From assembly GCA_965644315.1 (NCBI GenBank), contig CBFFRQ010000020.1, forward strand, positions 186,001 through 250,000: a DNA stretch of 64,000 nucleotides, read 5' to 3'. Every line of letters begins with the position of its first letter. Position 1 is the first letter of the stretch. This DNA is from Caecitellus pseudoparvulus. Taxonomy: Eukaryota; Protista; Bigyra: Bicosoecida. Positions 39,501 through 51,500 of this stretch are shown piece after piece. Made by a program: the position numbers and the translations under genes. The notes under the pieces are model-generated. The model made no database searches. It saw only the letters and a program-made list of their open reading frames with translations, and had not been told where the DNA came from.

Positions 39501-42500
39501 GGTGCCAGTGCTCAGCACCATGGCGCCGCTGTCGCCCGATGTCGACCCGCCCGACGCCAGTGTCACGGCCCCGCTGCTGCCCGACTGTGTCGTGCCAGTG
39601 CTCAGCACCAGCGACCCCGACACGCCCGTGCCCACAGCGTTGGCACTGCGCACCACCACTGCACCAGTGCTGGACACCGCACCACTCCCGCTCACCACAC
39701 TCACCACACCCCCCACACTGCCACCAGCAGTGCTGGCGCCAGCTGACACGTACACGTGCCCGCCGTCGCCCTGGTCAGTGCCGCCCACAGTCATGGACAT
39801 GCTGCCGGCGGCCCCCGATGTGGCGGCCCCCGTGGCCATGTGCAGGTACCCGGCGTCGCCCGTGAGCGCGGTGCCAGTGCTCAGCACCATGGCGCCGCTG
39901 TCGCCCGTTGTCGACCCGCCCGACGCCAGTGTCACGGCCCCGCTGCTGCCCGACTGTGTCGTGCCAGTGCTCAGCACCATGGCGCCGCTGTCGCCCGATG
40001 TCGACCCGCCCGACGCCAGTGTCACGGCCCCGCTGCTGCCCGACTGTGTCGTGCCAGTGCTCAGCACCAGCGACCCCGACACGCCCGTGCCCACAGCGTT
40101 GGCACTGCGCACCACCACTGCACCAGTGCTGGACACCGCACCACTCCCGCTCACCACACTCACCACACCGCCCACACTGCCACCAGCAGTGCTGGCGCCA
40201 GCTGACACGTACACGTGCCCGCCGTCGCCCTGGTCAGTGCCGCCCACAGTCATGGACATGCTGCCGGCGGCCCCCGATGTGGCGGCCCCCGTGGCCATGT
40301 GCAGGTACCCGGCGTCGCCCGTGAGCGCGGTGCCAGTGCTCAGCACCATGGCGCCGCTGTCGCCCGATGTCGACCCGCCCGACGCCAGTGTGACGGCCCC
40401 GCTGCTGCCCGACTGTGTCGTGCCAGTGCTCAGCACCATGGCGCCGCTGTCGCCCGATGTCGACCCGCCCGACGCCAGTGTCACGGCCCCGCTGCTGCCC
40501 GACTGTGTCGTGCCAGTGCTCAGCACCAGCGACCCCGACACACCCGTGCCCACAGCGTTGGCACTGCGCACCACCACTGCACCTGTGCTGGACACCGCAC
40601 CACTCCCGCTCACCACACTCACCACACCCCCCACACTGCCACCAGCAGTGCTGGCGCCAGCTGACACGTACACGTGCCCGCCGTCGCCCTGGTCAGTGCC
40701 GCCCACAGTCATGGACATGCTGCCGGCGACCCCCGATGTGGCGGCCCCCGTGGCCATGTGCAGGTACCCGGCGTCGCCCGTGAGCGCGGTGCCAGTGCTC
40801 AGCACCATGGCGCCGCTGTCGCCCGATGTCGACCCGCCCGACGCCAGTGTGACGGCCCCGCTGCTGCCCGACTGTGTCGTGCCAGTGCTCAGCACCATGG
40901 CGCCGCTGTCGCCCGATGTCGACCCGCCCGACGCCAGTGTCACGGCCCCGCTGCTGCCCGACTGTGTCGTGCCAGTGCTCAGCACCAGCGACCCCGACAC
41001 GCCCGTGCCCACAGCGTTGGCACTGCGCACCACCACTGCACCAGTGCTGGACACCGCACCACTCCCGCTCACCACACTCACCACACCGCCCACACTGCCA
41101 CCAGCAGTGCTGGCGCCAGCTGACACGTACACGTGCCCGCCGTCGCCCTGGTCAGTGCCGCCCACAGTCATGGACATGCTGCCGGCGACCCCCGATGTGG
41201 CGGCCCCCGTGGCCATGTGCAGGTACCCGGCGTCGCCCGTGAGCGCGGTGCCAGTGCTCAGCACCATGGCGCCGCTGTCGCCCGATGTCGACCCGCCCGA
41301 CGCCAGTGTCACGGCTCCGCTGCTGCCCGACTGTGTCGTGCCAGTGCTCAGCACCATGGCGCCGCTGTCGCCCGATGTCGACCCGCCCGACGCCAGTGTG
41401 ACGGCCCCGCTGCTGCCCGACTGTGTCGTGCCAGTGCTCAGCACCAGCGACCCCGACACGCCCGTGCCCACAGCGTTGGCACTGCGCACCACCACTGCAC
41501 CAGTGCTGGACACCGCACCACTCCCGCTCACCACACTCACCACACCCCCCACACTGCCACCAGCAGTGCTGGCGCCAGCTGACACGTACACGTGCCCGCC
41601 GTCGCCCTGGTCAGTGCCGCCCACAGTCATGGACATGCTGCCGGCGGCCCCCGATGTGGCGGCCCCCGTGGCCATGTGCAGGTACCCGGCGTCGCCCGTG
41701 AGCGCGGTGCCAGTGCTCAGCACCATGGCGCCGCTGTCGCCCGATGTCGACCCGCCCGACGCCAGTGTCACGGCCCCGCTGCTGCCCGACTGTGTCGTGC
41801 CAGTGCTCAGCACCATGGCGCCGCTGTCGCCCGATGTCGACCCGCCCGACGCCAGTGTCACGGCCCCGCTGCTGCCCGACTGTGTCGTGCCAGTGCTCAG
41901 CACCAGCGACCCCGACACGCCCGTGCCCACAGCGTTGGCACTGCGCACCACCACTGCACCAGTGCTGGACACCGCACCACTCCCGCTCACCACACTCACC
42001 ACACCGCCCACACTGCCACCAGCAGTGCTGGCGCCAGCTGACACGTACACGTGCCCGCCGTCGCCCTGGTCAGTGCCGCCCACAGTCATGGACATGCTGC
42101 CGGCGGCCCCCGATGTGGCGGCCCCCGTGGCCATGTGCAGGTACCCGGCGTCGCCCGTGAGCGCGGTGCCAGTGCTCAGCACCATGGCGCCGCTGTCGCC
42201 CGATGTCGACCCGCCCGACGCCAGTGTGACGGCCCCGCTGCTGCCCGACTGTGTCGTGCCAGTGCTCAGCACCATGGCGCCGCTGTCGCCCGATGTCGAC
42301 CCGCCCGACGCCAGTGTCACGGCCCCGCTGCTGCCCGACTGTGTCGTGCCAGTGCTCAGCACCAGCGACCCCGACACACCCGTGCCCACAGCGTTGGCAC
42401 TGCGCACCACCACTGCACCAGTGCTGGACACCGCACCACTCCCGCTCACCACACTCACCACACCGCCCACACTGCCACCAGCAGTGCTGGCGCCAGCTGA

Positions 42501-45500
42501 CACGTACACGTGCCCGCCGTCGCCCTGGTCAGTGCCGCCCACAGTCATGGACATGCTGCCGGCGACCCCCGATGTGGCGGCCCCCGTGGCCATGTGCAGG
42601 TACCCGGCGTCGCCCGTGAGCGCGGTGCCAGTGCTCAGCACCATGGCGCCGCTGTCGCCCGATGTCGACCCGCCCGACGCCAGTGTCACGGCCCCGCTGC
42701 TGCCCGACTGTGTCGTGCCAGTGCTCAGCACCATGGCGCCGCTGTCGCCCGATGTCGACCCGCCCGACGCCAGTGTGACGGCCCCGCTGCTGCCCGACTG
42801 TGTCGTGCCAGTGCTCAGCACCAGCGACCCCGACACGCCCGTGCCCACAGCGTTGGCACTGCGCACCACCACTGCACCAGTGCTGGACACCGCACCACTC
42901 CCGCTCACCACACTCACCACACCCCCCACACTGCCACCAGCAGTGCTGGCGCCAGCTGACACGTACACGTGCCCGCCGTCGCCCTGGTCAGTGCCGCCCA
43001 CAGTCATGGACATGCTGCCGGCGGCCCCCGATGTGGCGGCCCCCGTGGCCATGTGCAGGTACCCGGCGTCGCCCGTGAGCGCGGTGCCAGTGCTCAGCAC
43101 CATGGCGCCGCTGTCGCCCGATGTCGACCCGCCCGACGCCAGTGTGACGGCCCCGCTGCTGCCCGGCTGTGTCGTGCCAGTGCTCAGCACCATGGCGCCG
43201 CTGTCGCCCGATGTCGACCCGCCCGACGCCAGTGTCACGGCCCCGCTGCTGCCCGACTGTGTCGTGCCAGTGCTCAGCACCAGCGACCCCGACACGCCCG
43301 TGCCCACAGCGTTGGCACTGCGCACCACCACTGCACCAGTGCTGGACACCGCACCACTCCCGCTCACCACACTCACCACACCGCCCACACTGCCACCAGC
43401 AGTGCTGGCGCCAGCTGACACGTACACGTGCCCGCCGTCGCCCTGGTCAGTGCCGCCCACAGTCATGGACATGCTGCCGGCGACCCCCGATGTGGCGGCC
43501 CCCGTGGCCATGTGCAGGTACCCGGCGTCGCCCGTGAGCGCGGTGCCAGTGCTCAGCACCATGGCGCCGCTGTCGCCCGATGTCGACCCGCCCGACGCCA
43601 GTGTCACGGCCCCGCTGCTGCCCGACTGTGTCGTGCCAGTGCTCAGCACCATGGCGCCGCTGTCGCCCGATGTCGACCCGCCCGACGCCAGTGTGACGGC
43701 CCCGCTGCTGCCCGACTGTGTCGTGCCAGTGCTCAGCACCAGCGACCCCGACACACCCGTGCCCACAGCGTTGGCACTGCGCACCACCACTGCACCAGTG
43801 CTGGACACCGCACCACTCCCGCTCACCACACTCACCACACCGCCCACACTGCCACCAGCAGTGCTGGCGCCAGCTGACACGTACACGTGCCCGCCGTCGC
43901 CCTGGTCAGTGCCGCCCACAGTCATGGACATGCTGCCGGCGGCCCCCGATGTGGCGGCCCCCGTGGCCATGTGCAGGTACCCGGCGTCGCCCGTGAGCGC
44001 GGTGCCAGTGCTCAGCACCATGGCGCCGCTGTCGCCCGATGTCGACCCGCCCGACGCCAGTGTGACGGCCCCGCTGCTGCCCGACTGTGTCGTGCCAGTG
44101 CTCAGCACCATGGCGCCGCTGTCGCCCGATGTCGACCCGCCCGACGCCAGTGTGACGGCCCCGCTGCTGCCCGACTGTGTCGTGCCAGTGCTCAGCACCA
44201 GCGACCCCGACACGCCCGTGCCCACAGCGTTGGCACTGCGCACCACCACTGCTCCACTTTGTGATACAAGGCCTGCACCGCTGATTACTTGAACAGTTCC
44301 TCCTGCCATTGATCCGTCTTCTGTGAGCCCTGCTGTGAAAGTCACATCACCTGCTTGATCCGCATTGCCAGTTCTGATGAATAGTGAGCCAGACTGTCCC
44401 CCAAGAGCTTTACCTGTTTGCATGTTTAACGGTCCGCTGTATCCGAGCAGCGATCGCCCAGTTTGTGCCAGGATCCGTCCGGACGTACTCGTCCTCTTTG
44501 AATCGGGTGTTGCCACTTTGCTGTCTCCGCTGCTACCATATTCAGACGTGCCACTGGACACAAGCACCTTCCCACTTGTCCCTGTTTTGGCTGAGCCAGA
44601 TTTAAGAGAAGCTTCTCTGCCAGCTTTGTGATCGACTCGTGAACCTGAAGTTGTTCCCGCTTTCAGAAGGATTGGCTGAGCTGGACTGGACTGTTGGGAT
44701 GCTGCGCCACGGATAGACACGTGACCTCCATGCGAACCGTCCCCTCCCTCAAGAATTACCGAGCCAGCATGGCCAAATCTAGAGCTGCCAGCAACGAGCT
44801 TGACCGCTCCGGCTTTGCCAGTGCTCGTTGATCCGGATTCAAGGTGCAACGAACCTGATTGTGACATGTCTGATGTAGCCCTTCCGGTCATGAGGCGAAT
44901 GTCTCCACCTCGCTGAGAAGGAGCAGTCACAAGTAAAACAGAACCAGTTTCTTTCCCTCTTCCGGTAGCTACGTACACATTGCCACTCGCATTGGATTGC
45001 GAAGACTCAAGTGAGATGCCTCCGCCAGATTGCCCCCCACTGAAGCCAGCGGCCAAGACCAGCTTACCTGAACCATGGGTCCCCGCACTTCTCACTGAAA
45101 CCGAGCCTCCCAAACTGGAGCCTTGCCCGCCCTTCAGGCGCAGATCACCACCGGATGCCACGCCGTTCGCAGCTTTCAAGGAAATCGTGCCTGCTGCTGA
45201 TAGCAGTGGTTTTGTCTGTCTTGACATTCCTGAAAAGACTTCTATATCCCCCGATAGTGCAGCGTTTCCGGTTCTTAGGTCGGCAGGGGGAGAAGTGCTT
45301 GAAGAGCTGCCGAAGAGAAGCTGAACTGACCCAGAGGAAACACCACGCCCTGAAACCACCGCCATATCGCCTGTTCGCGGACTGTCTCCACTTGAGAGTG
45401 CCACATCGCTTGTTTTGTTTTCAATACTATGAGCGGTCATGATACTTATCATGGCAGGCACTCCACTTGCATGTTGCACAGCCCCAGAAACACTTCGCAC

Positions 45501-48500
45501 ATGCCCTCCTGGATTCATAGACAATCCTCCGAGGAGCTCTACATGGCCGGCCGAAAGTGAACTGGAGGCAGATCGCATCAGTAATGAACCTGAAGAGCGC
45601 TCCGCTGGTGCTGTTGATGCAATCATCTTGCCACTTGTACTTGCTGTGCCAGTGATGACGTGCACAGCACGTTCTCGCATGTCAGAACTGTGAGTGGTGC
45701 TTGAAGCTGCCGAAGCCCTGAATGAGCCACTGTACTCTGATTGGCCTGTAGCTATCGATACGTTGGCAGCTGCTATGTGAATCGGACTTCCACTTTCGGA
45801 TCGGTTTGCAGTAAATGCGATCCTTCCCGAGTTTTCCCCGAATCCTCCTTCAATTCTAGCAGCACATTTGCCAAGCAAGCACTCAGCGACAACCACGACA
45901 CTTCCACCCTGAAGGTCGCCCAACCCAGCTGCCAAAGACAAAGAGCCTCCAACTTGCCCGTCGCCGGCGCTAAACTGGACACTCGCAGCTTGGCCTGATG
46001 TTCCGTGGGCTGAAAGTGTGAATGCTGCAGAGTTTCCACGTGTCTGGGAAACAGAGCCAACAAACAAATCAACGTTGCCGCTTGACGGCCCCCTTCCTGT
46101 GCTTACTGAAATAGAATCAGAAAGAAGGTTGGCTTCACTGTGTGCCGCATGTGAGACAGCATCCATTTCAATGTCCGCTGACTCATCATGCTCTGTCTTT
46201 GCTGAGTGCCAGACAATTTGCTTTGCGTGTTGCTGGATAGTCGAAGCGTTAAGCGAAATGCTCCCACTCACACCCATGCTTTGATGCGCAAGCAGCTCTA
46301 CATCGCCTCCTTCCAGTAACACGTCACCGCTTCTATGCAGCCCGTCTCCAGTTTCAATGCCGATGCCGCCTGACCCTGCAGATTCGATAGCCACACTTCG
46401 AGACTGAAGAGCCACGTTCCTTCCTGAGTGAAGTTGAATGCTCGCAATTCCGCCGTCCGCTGCGGCACTAAGTGTTGCTCCTTGTAGAAGTACCTGCCCT
46501 GCTTGGTCTCCACTCCCTGCTTCAATGATTGAGGAACGACCGCTGCTTACTTGCACGTTGCCAGCCTTCAGTTCTGATCGTCCAGAAGAAATTGACACAG
46601 AGCCACCAAAGCGACCAGTCCCGGTTGTAGCGGAGATCTTTTGTGCACGAGCTTCAGCGCTTCCGCCATTTTGGATGGAGTTGCCTGCCGCATTCTGAAT
46701 ACTGCCCCCGCTAGGTGCAGTTCCGGCTCGTACTTCTACGGTTGGGCCTGACCGCAGTGCTGGTGCCGCTTCAGCCTGGAAATCGCCGCTTCTCAAATCC
46801 GAGTCTCCAGACACAAGCTGGATGAGACTCTTTTCATGCTCTGACTCGAGACGGAGAAACACTCGTTGTGCCGCACGGTGGTGCTGTCCTCCAACAATCA
46901 CTTGAGCAGATGCTGCTGCTGCGGCAAGAGACAGATCTGCCTGCCCAAGGGAGGTTGATTCGAGGTGTGTCTTTGCAACTCCAAGGCGTGCTCGGCTTGT
47001 GGTGCTGACGACCATCTTAGCCCTTTTCGTACCAGGATTGCCCGATAGCGCCTTGACAGCCGCCGCCGACCCAGCCACTGCACTCGTGCCAAAGGCAGAC
47101 TGTGCCGAAAGCACAGCAGTGGACTGAGAACTTGCTTGAGCAAGCGACTGGATCTGTTTTCTGGATTCCATTTTCACTTTCTGATGACCTGGAATGGCAG
47201 TCTGGGTGCTGCGTGCCGAAATGTGCACCGAGCCCTGTTTGGAGAGTATGCCGATGGTGCCGACTTCGCGGCTGTTGCCTGCCATAACCATCGACTTGCC
47301 TTCGGACAACAACGCAAGAGACCCGCTGGACGAAGTCCCTTCCCCGCTTTCTACATGGATACCACTACTGATTGCCGCACCACCAGAGCGGAAGGATAGT
47401 GAGCCTGATTTCACCTGCGCAGGGGAAGACCTTATCAATGCTGTGCCTCGAGACGAAACACTGATTGAGTTATCAAATTGCCCAACCGACATCCCAGAAG
47501 TAATAGCCACTCTACCAGAGGTGCCTTTTGAATCGCCAGAGTGCAAATGCAAGTTTGCCAAGGCTTGGGCTGCATCACTCCTGTCGAGATTGATTGAGCC
47601 AGACGAAACTGCTGCACCGGATTGCATGTAGATCCGCCCTGATGCGTGTCCTTGACCCGAAGAAAACCGAACTGCACCTGAAGCTTGAGTTGAAGACCCG
47701 CTGCGTGTAAGAACATTGCCAGACGAGCGGCCTCTTCCTGAACCAGTTCGGAAAATTCCTGTCACTTCACCTGCTCCCCCAATCATCAGCATGCTGCCTG
47801 ACACTTGTGAAGCTCCTGACCGCAAGGATGCATGCCCAGATGCATGCACACTTGCACCTGAACCAACAGATATTTGACCGCTGTTGGATCGTCCACTACC
47901 AGACTGTAGTCGGAGAGAGTGTGCCCAGAGGGTTGCATGACCAGAATGCGCATTGCCATGTGAAAACATCTGAAGGGCCCCAGTTCTCGAATACAAGGAT
48001 GCGTCTTGGCTTGAAGTCAATTCAACCCGCGATCCAGCAGTGATGCTTTTTCCGCTGGACACCATGAGCCCTGAACCCCCTTGCGCTGAAGACTCAGAGG
48101 AAACGTCCACGGCAGTGGCATTCACGACAAGAGCAGCAGAGCCTAACCTTGAGAATGCTGAAAACCTGGCACTTGCCTGCAGGCCTGTGCCAGTTAAGAT
48201 AGTAGCAGACCCACTGGCAGCCGATGATGCTTCAAAGCGGGCCTGATGTGTCGATTGGATGCTCACTCCTGAGGCTTTGGCACGAAAATCGGAAGTGGCT
48301 TCCAGCCTTTGCAGAGACCCAGCACCGTCTGTCACAAGATCAACTAAGCCTAAGCCACGTGGCTGGGCCAGGCTTCGAACAGACAGTGAGTCCTGAGAAA
48401 CAATCTGGGTTGTTCTTGCTGAGAAAAGAATGTGGCTTGTACGGGAGGTTTCAAGTGAACAGCCAATACATACACCCGTTCCCCTTACAGCTGCAGCCGA

Positions 48501-51500
48501 AGTCCCCTGCTTTGCAGGCGCCGACCCCAACACGACGGATCCTGAAGATTCTAAGGCATCTCCACTTTTAAGAATCATGTGCCCAGATGAGTATGCTTCG
48601 CCGGAAGCTAAGCGAACACTTCCTGAAGCTGCCGCTGCGTTTGAAGTGCGAGCATTCAAGTCGCCTTCTGAACGGAATGAAACCTCACCACCGACATTGC
48701 TTCCACCACTGAGAACAGTCAATCGTCCCTGTTCCTTCCCTTTCCCAGCCATCACATGTATTTCCCCTGCGCCGTGCTGCAAAGAAGTGCCTGTTTGCAG
48801 GAGTATACCTCCAGGCAAACGAGCTCTGCCCGTGTGCAGAGACACTGCCCCAGAAGTTGCTGCAGAGCCACTCAGAATAGCAGATTGTAGAGTTTCGGTG
48901 CCAGAAAGGGCAAAAATGCCCATTGGGGGACTTTCCATTCGGCCTTCCGACCGAAGAATTACCGCTCCACCCAGCCCCGTGAACCCGTCGCCCCCGCAAG
49001 CTTGGATACTCGACGCTCCAAGCGTGAGGCCTGAGTCAGACTGAAGGTGGAGAAGTCCGCCTTGCTTTCCGGACGACCCTGAGCGCACATCCATCCTTCC
49101 ATGGGAGACTACTTCTGCGTGGCTTTTGTTCAAAAGCACGCCCGCCCTGATCACAATTGACCCGCTGACCTCGTTTGCCGATCCAGTTCGTGCGCCAAGA
49201 GTTGCACCATCCACAGAAATAGTTCCACCCAAGACATTTATTCCACCGCTGTGTGAAGATCCTGAACCTGACACAACTTCCATGTCGGTTGATGCTGTGG
49301 CACCTTCTGATGAGGACATCAGCATGCTTCCACTGTCAAGCCTTCCCTTGGAGGCCAGCTCAATGAGCCCGCTGCTGGATTTGCCGATACCACTTCTGAC
49401 AAGCAGTTTACCCCCACTGCTTAGTTCTACCAGACCACCAGCTGCTGTTCCCGCTCCCGCTGAAAGGGATAGAGACCCAGCACTCGCAAGCCCTGAACCT
49501 GAAGAAACAATCGTCTTGGAACTGCTAAACATGTCAAGGACTGATTCAGCCCCCAGTGAATCTCCGGATGAAATGCAAACACTACCTGCCTGCCTCTTTT
49601 GTGCTGCCCCATTGATGAGCACCTCTGTTCGTCCGTTCCCCGCTGATTTCGAGACCACAGAGACTCCGCCTGAGCTACTTGTAATGCTCTGAGAAGTGGC
49701 TTTGGCTGTAAAATTGTTTGACAACACCGAAACGGAACTCGCTTCGTGTCCTTGCGCACTGACGGACACGGTAGAGAGTTGCTCGGAATGTGCTTCAGAG
49801 AGAAGCGATTCGGTTTCCGCAACCAAACTGTCAGCAGATGCCTCTGTGGCTGCAGGACCCTGCAGGCTGTCTGAATGAATCAGAACATTGCTCATACCGT
49901 CTAGTGCTCCTTCAGATCTAAGGCTCACCATCGATTCTTCCGATAGTGAAGTTGAACGAAGGGCAAGAGGTTCGTGACCCGCATTGTGGGATGTCACTCG
50001 AATGGTGCGGGCTGTGGCAAGTATGTTGGATGACATGGCGCGGATGGAGGCATCGCCGGCTCCTCCACTGACGGAGTGAAAGCGCAAATATGCACCATCC
50101 AATCGTACATGCCCTGCGTGCACCCCTGTCCCGGTACTAAGGCCCATGTGATCAGCCTGAAGATTAAGGACCCCTGATGAACCGTGCGATGCGCCTGACT
50201 CGACCCTGATACCACCACTCTCACGTTCAAGAGTCGATGCCGAGGAAAGAGAAGCTGAATCTGCATCCATAAGAATGTTTCCTCCAGTATGGCTTCCTAC
50301 ACCAGCCTCAAACTGGACAGAGCTGCTAGATAGGCCGGCTCCGGATTGGACGGAAAGCTCACCAGCAGAGGAAAACGAAACATCTCCAGAATCCTCTTGA
50401 GAGAGACCTGAAAAGAAGGTCAAGAGGCCAGATGAAGGCCCAGCACCTGTTCCAAGCTTTACTTGTCCAGAGGATTTCAGGCTTGCTCCAGAAGACATAG
50501 AAGCACCCCCGCTTGACATGCCACCTGAGCTGGCCATGGTCACTTGGCCAGCTCCAGAGACGACATGCAGCGCTCCAGTGGAATTTAATCCGCTACCTGA
50601 AGTCAAAGACACTAAGGCCGAGGTAGCGCTTACTGATGAGAACACCTTGACGCTTCCAGAATCTTGAGAGCCGCCAGTCTCCACACGAATGGGACCATCT
50701 GCTTCCAAAATTGCGTTTCCGCTTGATCCTCCATCCCCTGACCCAAGAAGAACCAGACTTTTCGCAAAAGGCGATTGGTGCGCTGTCAGGCGTACACCTT
50801 CACCACTCTTGACTGTGAAGTTGCCTGATTCTCTGGAAGAACCGGTCCTGATTGCGAGATGCTGTCCTTGCACAATAACGTCCTCTCTTGCGAGCGCGGT
50901 CAGGTGACCTAGCTCACTGCCAGAGCCGCTCTCAAGCTCAACTGCACTCTGCTTGCCAAATGCAGATACAGAGATAGCAGCACCTTCGGCACGCACCCTT
51001 GCATGCCCATGTTCAAGGGAATCAGCCAAAACGTTCGTTGCAGCCGTACCACCAACGGAGGAAACTTCCAATTCCCCTGCCGTAAGGCTTGTCACAGCGC
51101 TGCTAAGCCCAGCGCGAGATTCAAGAGCAAACGTTGCCGTTCTTCCGTCGGATACTGATTCAACGCTGCTTGCAAAAACGTGCACGCCTCCTGCCGATCC
51201 ATCCTCAAGCGACCCACTCGAGGCGTGCAAGGTGGAGGCGGCAACTCGCAGGCTGCCAGACTGACGAGCAGCACCCGTAGTCAGCCAAATGCGACCTGAA
51301 GAAAGTGTGGCACGCTCCGATTGCATCTTCACATTCCCAGATTGGTGATCAGAAGTTCCTGATCTGAAAATCAAACTGTCTTGCACTTCCCCCAAGACGG
51401 AAGCATTGACGCTCGAAGATGCAAGAAGGAGCGCTGAGCCTGAGTTGTTCGCATTCGCACTTGCCAAAAACACGTCGCCACCACTACTGATTTCTACAGA

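Larger units (their letters stand above)
3450..44252. repeat. Coding tandem array, ~93 near-identical units of 459 bp (153 aa) or 369 bp (123 aa)
   Basis: Spacings of the recurrent GDGGH[VL]YVSAG motif, counted from ORF-track starts: about 67 intervals of 459 bp and 23 of 369 bp (each count includes one +2 variant), plus two odd intervals of 501 and 468 bp that hold divergent inserts. Long and short units differ by one 90-bp module. Confidence 0.97.

Noticed and set aside
3450-44252. CRISPR array or non-coding satellite interpretation
   Set aside because: Units are 369/459 bp with no unique spacers and no cas genes. Length variants are multiples of 3 and many variant sites are synonymous on the minus strand.
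3674-44264. Hundreds of short His/Arg/Cys-rich plus-strand ORFs (MPAVALV..., MSCQCSAP..., MSTRPTP...)
   Set aside because: Off-frame translations of the tandem repeat, one set per unit, with no independent coding evidence.
3048-44292. Very long plus-strand Pro/Thr-rich 'mucin-like' ORFs (3048-12590, 12356-32503, 32023-39072, 39271-44292)
   Set aside because: Antisense shadows. A stop-free unit repeated ~93 times gives long ORFs automatically. This frame accumulates stops in most unique DNA (39072, 44292 and throughout 44-64 kb and 0-3 kb), while the minus frame stays open and encodes recognisable ICA domains.
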